A stretch of DNA of 64,000 nt from a virus, in IMG/VR virus record IMGVR_UViG_3300031977_002889; one strand, 5' to 3'. Below, in pieces: positions 38,599 through 46,887 of the stretch. Numbering within the stretch: position 1 is the first letter of the stretch; the number at the start of each line of letters is the position of its first letter. Position numbers and translations under genes: made by a program. The notes below the pieces were generated by a model. The model saw only the letters and a list, made by a program, of their open reading frames with translations. It did no database searches and had not been told where the DNA came from.

Positions 38599-41500
38599 TT
38601 AATATGTTCCGCCATCAATTATAGCCTCAATATTTCCATCAACTTTAATACCACTTGATGTTCCAAGTATTCTTGCACCAGCACCGCTATTTGTAATTGC
38701 AAGATTACCCATATATGGGTGGTTCAAACATTGATATCCAAATGAACGAGGTCCATCATCTTTTACTTTAATTTGTGCATATGAATTTCCAACATCAATA
38801 TTACCAGCAGTGCCAACATATTTAATATCTGCTGCACTATCAGAAAGTAATCCAGATTTTTGATTATCCCAATAGAATCGAATATCGTGTGTTGACATTG
38901 AAGAATCATTATGATGGAATCTATATGTTACACCTGGAAGTAAATCAAGGAGCGGAGCTTGAATTTCTTTATCAGTATAAAGATGATCTGAATCATATGC
39001 GATGTAATAACCTTTTGCAGATCCTTGTTTCCAATATCTATGTTGACCAGTTTTAAATCCAGTTCTTACATAAATGTTAATTAATCCTTGATTATTTGAG
39101 TCTTGAGTAATACCAGCAGTGAGGTTTTGAGAATCTCTATTTTCATATGTTCTTTGAACTATATTATTCTCAATTCTATAATCACCGTTAGAATCATCAG
39201 TGACACTAATTAGATTTGTCTGTAATGAATCTGAAGTAAGACCACTTTCTACAACAACCGAGCCACTTAATCTTGAAATAGTAGCAGAATCAGCTAAGAT
39301 TTCTCCAAGAGAACCTTGGAATCCATTTCCACCTCTTATTTCAACCCCAGTACTAGTTGTTAATAATCTCTTTTTATCATTATGCCATAGATTTACAATA
39401 GAAACCTCAGAAGTACCACCGGCAGTTATTACTCGCTCTAAGGCATCAGTAGTTTGAGCATATACGGCAAAATCCTGTCCATTGTCATTAAGAGTAATTC
39501 TAAATCCACCTTGATCATTTTCAAGATTAAAATTATTTCCATCATGATAGAAATATGCGTTGCTATCGGCACCAAAATAAACTTTTTGGTTATCGCCCCA
39601 ACCATTAATAATAGCTGGATATGATCCACCGTCTGCGGTACTAATGGTAGCAGTTGAAGTAGCAGAATCCCATGCAAATGCTGTTACACCAGCAACCGAA
39701 GTTGTTCCAATACTATCTACAAAACCAGATGAATCTAGTGTAATTATTGGAACTTCTGAAGCTGAACCCCATATTCCATTATAACTTGTAGCACCTGATC
39801 TTGTAATTGTAGTAAAGTTTGCTGTACTACCAGATATATTTGTGATAACAGCCGAATCAGCAGTAAGCGTATCAATATCAACTAATGTTAAGTTAATATT
39901 ATCTGCGTATAGACTATCGATATGTGCTTGACTTACATTTAATTGGCCGATATAAGCAGAATCAATATTTGCATTTGCTGATGTAAAGGTATCAATATCA
40001 CCAGTTGTGACATTTAATTGCCCAACATAAGCAGAATCAAGTGAAGCATTAGCCGATGTAAGGGTATCAATATCACCAGTTGCAACATTAAGTTGACCAA
40101 TATATGCGCTATCTAATACAGCATCAGCTGAAGTCAATGTGTCTATATCAGCAGTTGTTACGTTCAATTGATCTACATAAAGTGAATCAGCATCAGCTTG
40201 ACTTACGTTTAATTGTCCGATATAAGCAGAATCGAGTATAGCATTTGCCGATGTTAATGTGTCAATATCTCCTGTTGGTACATTTAATTGAGTAATAAAT
40301 GCAGAGTCAGAAGTAAATTGACTAATATCACCAGTAGCAACATTTAAATTATTTGTAGCAATCGAATCGAGAATATCACTATCAACACGCGATTTTAAAT
40401 AGTATTGATTAGTTGAACCTTCAAGTAATTGATCTGTAGTATGATTTGAAATATCAGTTACTGTACCAGTGACATTACCTGTAAGATCAGCATTTACTGT
40501 ATCTGCGTATAATGTTCCAACTTGAAGCGGAGCATATTCTAATGAAGGATCAGCGAAATTAATATTTGCTTGTGGATCTGGTAAATATTGTTGGAAAAGT
40601 TTCCATCTGAAATCCGATGGATCTCTTATGAATCCAGAATAAGCATGCGAATCTGCTGGTGGATTATAGTTACCAACAATACCAATTTGAACATCGATTG
40701 GTGAAGCTTCACCTGACCAACTATCTCCAAGATCGTGACCAGTTTCTGCTGTAAATGCAATTTTAATTCCATTTGCAAGATTTGCAACCAAATCTCCTGA
40801 TGAAAGTACAAAGCTTGTTGAACCTAATGCTGAATCAAATGGTTCTAATGATCCATATTGACTATCATAAGACCATTCAATCTTATCACCTTCTCCACCA
40901 GATCCTACGCTATCAATGCGAACGTGGAATTCGACAACACCGTCACCAGTATAGTGTCCTGTAAGTGATGCATCATTAGTTCCAGTTCCACCAAAATTGG
41001 TAGCGGCAAGGCCAATAGTATCACCTGCACCCATTTCAATAACGGTGTCAGATACCGCTAAACTTTGAACCGAAGTTTGAACTTGAGAACCAATAACTGT
41101 AAGGTTACCACCGATTGTAAAGTTAGCATCAACTCTACCAGAACCTGTTACACGAATTTGTTCGAAGAATTCTCTAAATGGTTTAATTTGAATACAACCA
41201 CCAACTGCTGGTCCACCTTGAGAATCTTGTACAAGAACTGTACCAATTTCATATGCAAAGTTAGGATATTCAGGAGCAGTAGAAGTAAATTTACCAGCGC
41301 TATCAGCCGATACAAATAATTTTGTACCAGGAGCATAAGCTGAAGTATCTAATCTTCCAAGTAAACCACGCTGTAATACAAGACCAAAAGTGTTATTATT
41401 AATACTATCTTTTAGAACACCAATTGTTTCATCAATAGTATTGATATCATTTGCTTGTGCTTTTTCAATTGTTGGGAAATCATTTGTTGCACCAGTTACA

Positions 41501-44127
41501 TAAACTGGTGTTCCTTTTGGAATCATAGCACCAGAGTTATTATAAACTCTTACGACATCATCTTGACCAATTTTAATTGGAGAAGCAGTAGCTGGTTTAT
41601 ATACGAGGGCATCAGGTCCAGAGTTATAGTATACTGTACCTTCATCACTTGCAGGTTTAGTATTATCATCCCAAAGAATTGGATCAAATCTTATAAAGTC
41701 TGCTGATACTGAATCAGCATTTAAAATATCTACACTTAAGTTTTCAATTCTTGCAGAATCAACAGTAGCAGCATCAATGTGAGCGTTTGAAACATCTAAT
41801 TGTGTAGCATGTGCCGAATCAATAGTAACTTGACCTAATGTAACATTATCAATATCTGCTGTGACAACATTTAATTGATCAACATATAAGCTATCGGCAT
41901 CAGCTTGACTTACATTCAATTGACCAATATAAGCGCTATCTAATATAGCATCAGCTGATGTAAGAGTATCAATATCTGCTGTAGCTACATTCAATTGAGT
42001 AGCATAAGCACTATCAATATCTAATTGAGAAATATGTGCTGAGTCAATATCACCTTGACTAACATTTAATTGATCAACATATAAGCTATCCATATCAGCA
42101 TTAGATAGATTCAATTGACCAACATTAATGCTATCTACAGTTAATTGACTAATAAACGCAGAGTCAGCAGTTAAATGTTTAAGAGTTAAATCTCCAGGTA
42201 AACCACTTGCAGTTTTAATAGAAAGCGAACCTGCACTATCTTGTAGTTTTACTTGGCCAAGATGAATAGTATTGCCAGAAAGATGTAGATCTTTCCATTT
42301 ATTAGTAGAAGTACCAAGATCATATGTCGAATCTGCCCAAGGTATAAGATCACCTTCAACATATGTTTCACTTCCAAGATGAATATACATTGTACTTGAA
42401 GCTTTTAATACACTATTTGTAGCTTCAATATAATTTGTACCATCACCTGTGTTGTGATAGATTTTTAAATCTTCACCTGCACCAAAATTTAATTTAATGT
42501 CGTCTTGAATTAATACATTGCTGTTGAAGCTATCAATAACAGTATTAAATACTTGACCATCACCTGTACTAATTCTATAAGTATTTGTACTTGAGATCCA
42601 ACGTGTGCTATCTACTGAAGCAACTAAAACTTCTCCAATACTATCGATACGTCCATAGCTATCAACTGAAAATACTGGCATTTGTGTTGGTGAACCATAT
42701 GTGCCAGCTGTTGAATCATTAATTGCTGTAAGATCAAAGAAGTTACTATCTGGATACCAATGTAAGTTATAATTGCTATTCATAGCAGCATCTAAGTCAG
42801 AGTCAAAGTTATCCTTTGAATAAACTTGGTCAACGTCAATTGAGAATTGACCTGATGCAGAATCATATAACAAGTCTCCATCAGTGCTAAAATAACCTCT
42901 AATAGTAGCAATAGATATATCATCCCCAAGTGCACTATCGAATCTTGTTCTTCTATAATATAAATTTGGTTCTGGTACACCTGGTCGTTGTGTAACAGTA
43001 AGAACACCATACATGTCTGTATGATTAGCACATTGATAATAATATGTACCAGGAACTGTTGGTGTCCAAGTTACTGTAGCAGTACCTTGTCCTGTAACTC
43101 CAGACGCTTGATCTCCAGTACCATCTCCTTGCACAGTTTTAATGTACATTGGATGATCACCAGATACAGTATTATTAAATGTAATTGTATCATCTGTTCT
43201 TATTGTAAGAGCAGGATCTCCGCTATTAATTGAACCTGTTCTATCTGAACCTGAAACTTGATAGAAGAAATTGTTTATTGCTGAAAGAGTAAGTGTATAA
43301 CTTTCAGTCGCAGGTTGAGGATCACCAGGACCTTCAACAAGATCATCAGTCGTAAATGGATTTAAATTGATATCTGTTTGAAATAATCCACCATCACTTG
43401 TATTAATGCTAAATGTACCAGAACCAAGTGAAGAATCATAACTAATTGAATCGAGTGAAGCAACAGCTACGTCTGAAATTGCTGTAATTTGACCACGCGA
43501 ATTTGTTGTAAGAACTGGAATACGAATAGAAGAACCAAATGTTCCAGAATCTGCACCTGTAGAATCAAGATCAGTTGTGATTGTAAGAACTTGACCAATT
43601 TTTACACCGCGTGTGGACAGGCCTCGTCCACCAGCCAATGTAATAGTTTCACCATCATATATTTGAACAGAGTCAGTAAATCCATCATCCATTGTAAAGG
43701 TAACTTCTTTTACCTTATCAACTTCTTGGTCTACATAGAATTTTGTTGTAAGAGAACTATCATCAAAAACAGTAAGCTGTCTTTGGTTAAATCTATCAGC
43801 TTCAACTCGGCCATCAAAGAAAGTACCGTTAATAGCATTAATATACAATTCATTTAATTTAGCTGGATCATTAAAATCTACAGTAATTGCATTACTATCG
43901 AAAGTAAGATAATCTACATTTAATTTACGAAGTACATTTAAATTGCGATATTCTGATGCAGCTGAGTCATATACTAAAAGATCATTGTGTTGACCTTCAC
44001 CGATGTTTTGACCTGTGCCAGCATCACCTGATATATTAACACCACTTAGATTGTTAAGACTAAATGAACCAGATGTGACTCTTCGTATTGGTGTACCAAC
44101 AACGACTCTTCTTACAAAAGTTGCCAT
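38599..44127 (-). CDS. Very large tail-fibre/virion protein with Asp-Ser-rich repeats and two cupredoxin-like domains
   Basis: 1842 aa; TTD.L.EG..N.Y and YDLG....KWKDLHLS fibre motifs; YYQCANHTDMYG; YQCLNHPYMG; C-terminal IDGGTY. Confidence 0.78.
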   Translation of the reverse strand: MATFVRRVVVGTPIRRVTSGSFSLNNLSGVNISGDAGTGQNIGEGQHNDLLVYDSAASEYRNLNVLRKLNVDYLTFDSNAITVDFNDPAKLNELYINAINGTFFDGRVEADRFNQRQLTVFDDSSLTTKFYVDQEVDKVKEVTFTMDDGFTDSVQIYDGETITLAGGRGLSTRGVKIGQVLTITTDLDSTGADSGTFGSSIRIPVLTTNSRGQITAISDVAVASLDSISYDSSLGSGTFSINTSDGGLFQTDINLNPFTTDDLVEGPGDPQPATESYTLTLSAINNFFYQVSGSDRTGSINSGDPALTIRTDDTITFNNTVSGDHPMYIKTVQGDGTGDQASGVTGQGTATVTWTPTVPGTYYYQCANHTDMYGVLTVTQRPGVPEPNLYYRRTRFDSALGDDISIATIRGYFSTDGDLLYDSASGQFSIDVDQVYSKDNFDSDLDAAMNSNYNLHWYPDSNFFDLTAINDSTAGTYGSPTQMPVFSVDSYGRIDSIGEVLVASVDSTRWISSTNTYRISTGDGQVFNTVIDSFNSNVLIQDDIKLNFGAGEDLKIYHNTGDGTNYIEATNSVLKASSTMYIHLGSETYVEGDLIPWADSTYDLGTSTNKWKDLHLSGNTIHLGQVKLQDSAGSLSIKTASGLPGDLTLKHLTADSAFISQLTVDSINVGQLNLSNADMDSLYVDQLNVSQGDIDSAHISQLDIDSAYATQLNVATADIDTLTSADAILDSAYIGQLNVSQADADSLYVDQLNVVTADIDNVTLGQVTIDSAHATQLDVSNAHIDAATVDSARIENLSVDILNADSVSADFIRFDPILWDDNTKPASDEGTVYYNSGPDALVYKPATASPIKIGQDDVVRVYNNSGAMIPKGTPVYVTGATNDFPTIEKAQANDINTIDETIGVLKDSINNNTFGLVLQRGLLGRLDTSAYAPGTKLFVSADSAGKFTSTAPEYPNFAYEIGTVLVQDSQGGPAVGGCIQIKPFREFFEQIRVTGSGRVDANFTIGGNLTVIGSQVQTSVQSLAVSDTVIEMGAGDTIGLAATNFGGTGTNDASLTGHYTGDGVVEFHVRIDSVGSGGEGDKIEWSYDSQYGSLEPFDSALGSTSFVLSSGDLVANLANGIKIAFTAETGHDLGDSWSGEASPIDVQIGIVGNYNPPADSHAYSGFIRDPSDFRWKLFQQYLPDPQANINFADPSLEYAPLQVGTLYADTVNADLTGNVTGTVTDISNHTTDQLLEGSTNQYYLKSRVDSDILDSIATNNLNVATGDISQFTSDSAFITQLNVPTGDIDTLTSANAILDSAYIGQLNVSQADADSLYVDQLNVTTADIDTLTSADAVLDSAYIGQLNVATGDIDTLTSANASLDSAYVGQLNVTTGDIDTFTSANANIDSAYIGQLNVSQAHIDSLYADNINLTLVDIDTLTADSAVITNISGSTANFTTITRSGATSYNGIWGSASEVPIITLDSSGFVDSIGTTSVAGVTAFAWDSATSTATISTADGGSYPAIINGWGDNQKVYFGADSNAYFYHDGNNFNLENDQGGFRITLNDNGQDFAVYAQTTDALERVITAGGTSEVSIVNLWHNDKKRLLTTSTGVEIRGGNGFQGSLGEILADSATISRLSGSVVVESGLTSDSLQTNLISVTDDSNGDYRIENNIVQRTYENRDSQNLTAGITQDSNNQGLINIYVRTGFKTGQHRYWKQGSAKGYYIAYDSDHLYTDKEIQAPLLDLLPGVTYRFHHNDSSMSTHDIRFYWDNQKSGLLSDSAADIKYVGTAGNIDVGNSYAQIKVKDDGPRSFGYQCLNHPYMGNLAITNSGAGARILGTSSGIKVDGNIEAIIDGGTY
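39860..40360 (-). repeat. Decapeptide repeat block 2 (LDSAYIGQLN / ADIDTLTSA)
   Basis: Near-copies of the block at 41700-42180. Confidence 0.8.
41700..42180 (-). repeat. Decapeptide repeat block 1 (DSAYIGQLNV / DSLYVDQLNV)
   Basis: Degenerate 5/10-residue periodic repeats. Confidence 0.8.
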
Positions 44128-44492
44128 TATACGCCTCCTCCACCAGTACCAGTAACTTGTGGAGTTACTTGAATTCTACCTTCAAGAAGTCTTTCAATAA
44201 TTGTATCGCCATTACTATCTTGGAAACTCAATTTCACATCATATACATATCTTCCTTTTTCTAGATTTGATGTTTGAGCATTAGTTAAAGATATTACAGC
44301 AACACCATCTGTTGATGGATTTGCAACAACGGAGTTAAATGATATTAAATTTGTGGTTGAATAATTTCTCTTTAATTCTGCTGAAACTTGATAGTTTGAA
44401 AGGTCTTTTGTATTACCATTCTCATCTACACAGTATATTTCAATGGCCACGTCTGTGCCTTGATCGATTGTAAATTCTTCGTATTGGGCCAT
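44127..44492 (-). CDS. Small Ig-like virion protein
   Basis: IDQG.D, DLS.Y....LK..Y, ISLTN.QT..L..GRYVYDV, RLLEG.I.V.P.VT. Confidence 0.7.
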   Translation of the reverse strand: MAQYEEFTIDQGTDVAIEIYCVDENGNTKDLSNYQVSAELKRNYSTTNLISFNSVVANPSTDGVAVISLTNAQTSNLEKGRYVYDVKLSFQDSNGDTIIERLLEGRIQVTPQVTGTGGGGV

Positions 44493-44541
44493 GAAATCCT
44501 CGTTTCTTTGTCGGTATTGCTACCCTGCCGCTATTTAGTAT

Positions 44542-44549
44542 TATTTATA
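44542..44549 (-). promoter_or_regulatory. Late promoter TATAAATA heading the fibre operon
   Basis: Exact consensus upstream of the 44492 start. Confidence 0.7.
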
Positions 44550-44574
44550 AAAAAAATGATTTATATATAACATT

Positions 44575-45498
44575 ATGAAACGAGTTATTTATAGTATTTT
44601 TATTCAAATCCCAAATGATGATTTAGATTGGCAACCACCATATCCAGGTGAAACTGAATCTAAAAATGATAAAGCTAATCGAGTGTTTTTACAAAACCAT
44701 GATTGGCTTACAGCAATGCAAAAGACATACGCTGAAAGTATCGACGCAGAGTATATACAATACACTAGAGATGACAAATATTTAGAATTTGAAAAATGGT
44801 ATAAAGAAAATCATACTGACGTTACAGTTTGGAATATTGTAAATTTTTATAAAATTCATTTAATGTATGAATTGTCTCGAGAATTCGACGAGGTTCTTTA
44901 TCTAGATATTGATGTTGTTCCTATTACAAAGAAAAACTTTTTTGCTGAACACGATTTAAATGAAGGCATTGCTATTTTTCAAAATGATCCAAAGGTAAAT
45001 GCATCTCTTAAAAATATAAGAGATCAAGCAAAATGGAGAGAACAAGTAGATGAATCAGCACATAGTATTAGATCTCCTGCTGCTAAATACTGGAATGCAA
45101 TTGCTTTATTATTAAATGAAGGAGAAGATCCTAAAAACTTTGTCTACAATACCGGGATTGTTGGATGCAATAAAAAATGGCTAGATAAGTTAGCATATTT
45201 TGAAGATCATGATTATTGGCTTGAAACAATGTCAGAATTAAAACATGAAGAAGATTCTATGTATCCTATGTGGATTCAAGAAATATTCGGGTGGGATAAT
45301 GAAACTTTATGGAGTGTAAAAAATAAAATAAATAAAGTGCCAAATATATGGTTACGGCCTGATTGGCACCACTTTATGGATAATCATTGTTATGTGCCAA
45401 ATGGTACTAATTTTATTCATGTTATTAATAAAGAATTTGATTGGGTAAAGGAATGGTGTGAGCAAAATAATATTCACCCAGTATCTTCCACTGAATAA
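44575..45498 (+). CDS. GT-A fold glycosyltransferase-like protein
   Basis: YA..I.A.Y, K..L......DEVLYLDIDV (DxD), NTGIV, DNET, FIHVINK. Confidence 0.72.
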   Translation: MKRVIYSIFIQIPNDDLDWQPPYPGETESKNDKANRVFLQNHDWLTAMQKTYAESIDAEYIQYTRDDKYLEFEKWYKENHTDVTVWNIVNFYKIHLMYELSREFDEVLYLDIDVVPITKKNFFAEHDLNEGIAIFQNDPKVNASLKNIRDQAKWREQVDESAHSIRSPAAKYWNAIALLLNEGEDPKNFVYNTGIVGCNKKWLDKLAYFEDHDYWLETMSELKHEEDSMYPMWIQEIFGWDNETLWSVKNKINKVPNIWLRPDWHHFMDNHCYVPNGTNFIHVINKEFDWVKEWCEQNNIHPVSSTE

Positions 45499-46138
45499 CC
45501 AGTTTGAAGAATACGCAGACTATATAGAAAATAAGCAAAGAAATTATGCACTAAAGTATGGAGCAACATATGCTCTTCATACGCCTGATGATATAGACAA
45601 TTATGATGACTTACAATTAAATAAAATATTGTTAGCAGAAAAATATGCTCAACAGTTTGATCAAGTATTATATATTGATTATGACGTCATTCCAACTGAT
45701 TATGCGCCTGACATTTTTAGAAAAGTAAATGGTCTAAGCTTATATCCAACATTTCCAAAAGTTGGTATGAAAGAATATGATAAGCTTTTAAATAAACAAA
45801 TGATGTTAGCGTCTGAAGGTCGTAAATATAATAATATCATTTACAACACAGGTGTTTTCCATTGTGATAAAGCATCAATGGAAGAATTAAAGTTTAGTGA
45901 AAGATTCGATGAATGTAAAGAGCTATGTTCAGACTTTAATAACGAAGTTTACATCAGTTATATCATAGAACGATATGGTTGTAAACACAATTTTTTACCA
46001 ATGTGTTGGAATTATATCTTAGATGGATTTCAAGAAATGCCAAACGCTGCAGGATATTTTCATCACTATCATCATAAAAAATTTTGGTGCCTCCTCCCGG
46101 ACTCGAACCGGGACGCTATTACTAGCGAGAGATTTTAA
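45458..46138 (+). CDS. GT-A fold glycosyltransferase-like protein (paralog of upstream gene); 3' end overlaps tRNA-Leu antisense
   Basis: DQVLYIDYDV, NTGVF, NNEV, WNY. Confidence 0.7.
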   Translation: MSKIIFTQYLPLNNQFEEYADYIENKQRNYALKYGATYALHTPDDIDNYDDLQLNKILLAEKYAQQFDQVLYIDYDVIPTDYAPDIFRKVNGLSLYPTFPKVGMKEYDKLLNKQMMLASEGRKYNNIIYNTGVFHCDKASMEELKFSERFDECKELCSDFNNEVYISYIIERYGCKHNFLPMCWNYILDGFQEMPNAAGYFHHYHHKKFWCLLPDSNRDAITSERF

Positions 46139-46170
46139 GTCTCTTGTGTCTACCATTCCACCAAGGAGGC
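46085..46170 (-). tRNA. trnL: tRNA-Leu(UAA)
   Basis: GCCTCCT/AGGAGGC acceptor, anticodon arm AGAGA-CTTAAAA-TCTCT, long variable arm, GGTTCGAGTCC, encoded CCA. Confidence 0.95.
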
Positions 46171-46172
46171 AT

Positions 46173-46248
46173 TGGAGCGGGCAATCAGGTTCGAACTGAC
46201 GACATTCAGATTGGAAATCTGACGCTCTACCAACTGAGCTATACCCGC
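46173..46248 (-). tRNA. trnG: tRNA-Gly(UCC)
   Basis: GCGGGTA/TGCCCGC acceptor, TCAGA-TTTCCAA-TCTGA, TTCGAAC T-loop, TCCA end. Confidence 0.95.
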
Positions 46249-46254
46249 ATAATT

Positions 46255-46440
46255 TGGCCCGCCCTAGAATCACCGCTATGCAGATCATCTTTGATTTCAT
46301 CCTGCACCGACGGGCAATGCAGGCATAGACTGTTACTCCACACATAGATTACCAACAGTCTAATCTCATCTATGTGACCTCAACATTTAGAGGATTTTCT
46401 GGGCGGGAGTGGAGGGTTCGAACCTTCTTAAACGCTCCCG
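46255..46440 (-). ncRNA. Unannotated structured RNA ending in CCA within the tRNA array
   Basis: Closing helix CCCGCCC/GGGCGGG-CCA, 9+9 bp pseudoknot, 9 bp hairpin with G-U pairs, upstream T-loop minihelix. Confidence 0.7.
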
Positions 46441-46446
46441 TTATAT

Positions 46447-46523
46447 TGGTCTCGGTAGCTGGATTCGAACCAACGACCTCTAGTACCCAAAACTAGCGCA
46501 CTACCAGGCTGTGCTATACCGAG
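46447..46523 (-). tRNA. trnP: tRNA-Pro(UGG)
   Basis: CTCGGTA/TACCGAG acceptor, CTAGT-TTTGGGT-ACTAG, GGTTCGAATCC, ACCA end. Confidence 0.95.
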
Positions 46524-46631
46524 TTAACCTTGTCCTCTATATTTTTTAAAACTACGTTTTGTGGATTTATTCATTGACGAAAACTTTACATTTCGTTTTC
46601 CGATAGAAGTTTTCTTATTACCTTTAGCCAT
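46524..46631 (-). CDS. Unannotated 35 aa highly basic peptide
   Basis: GAGG RBS; MAKGNKKTSIGKRNVKFSSMNKSTKRSFKKYRGQG; stop codon abuts tRNA-Pro +1. Confidence 0.7.
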   Translation of the reverse strand: MAKGNKKTSIGKRNVKFSSMNKSTKRSFKKYRGQG

Positions 46632-46649
46632 AATTTTCCTCACTTTAAT

Positions 46650-46726
46650 TGGCGATTGCGGAAGGACTCGAACCCTCAACCTACAGATTAGAAGTCTGTT
46701 GCTCTATCCAGTTGAGCTACGCAACC
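46650..46726 (-). tRNA. trnR: tRNA-Arg(UCU)
   Basis: GGTTGCG/CGCAATC acceptor, ACAGA-CTTCTAA-TCTGT, GGTTCGAGTCC, GCCA end. Confidence 0.95.
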
Positions 46727-46887
46727 ATATGTATAACATAATAACCGATAAGTCCGAGGAGGATCCAGCCAGCGTATTTGTATACGAGGCGGATCACTCC
46801 AAGGAGAAGTGCCAGAGCCACACAGAGAAAGAGGAGAAGGAGAACGGGCTCTGGCACCTCATTCAAAATTTCAGGTAGATTTTCCAT
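46717..46887 (-). CDS. Unannotated 56 aa membrane peptide; 3' end overlaps tRNA-Arg 5' end
   Basis: MENLPEILNEVPEPVLLLLFLCVALALLLGVIRLVYKYAGWILLGLIGYYVIHMVA; two hydrophobic stretches. Confidence 0.6.
   Translation of the reverse strand: MENLPEILNEVPEPVLLLLFLCVALALLLGVIRLVYKYAGWILLGLIGYYVIHMVA

Noticed and set aside
46255-46440. tmRNA (including two-piece), hammerhead or HDV/theta ribozyme
   Set aside because: No Ala-type G3-U70 acceptor or tag frame, no CUGANGA core, and no convincing HDV P3/L3 motif by eye; kept as an unassigned ncRNA
46085-46726. Suppressor tRNA or alternative genetic code
   Set aside because: Anticodons UAA, UCC, UGG and UCU are standard for A-ending codons, and core genes translate intact with the standard code
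46019-46878. Listed ORFs 46019..46345 (-), 46144..46347 (+) and 46561..46878 (+)
   Set aside because: Shadow frames over tRNA and ncRNA genes
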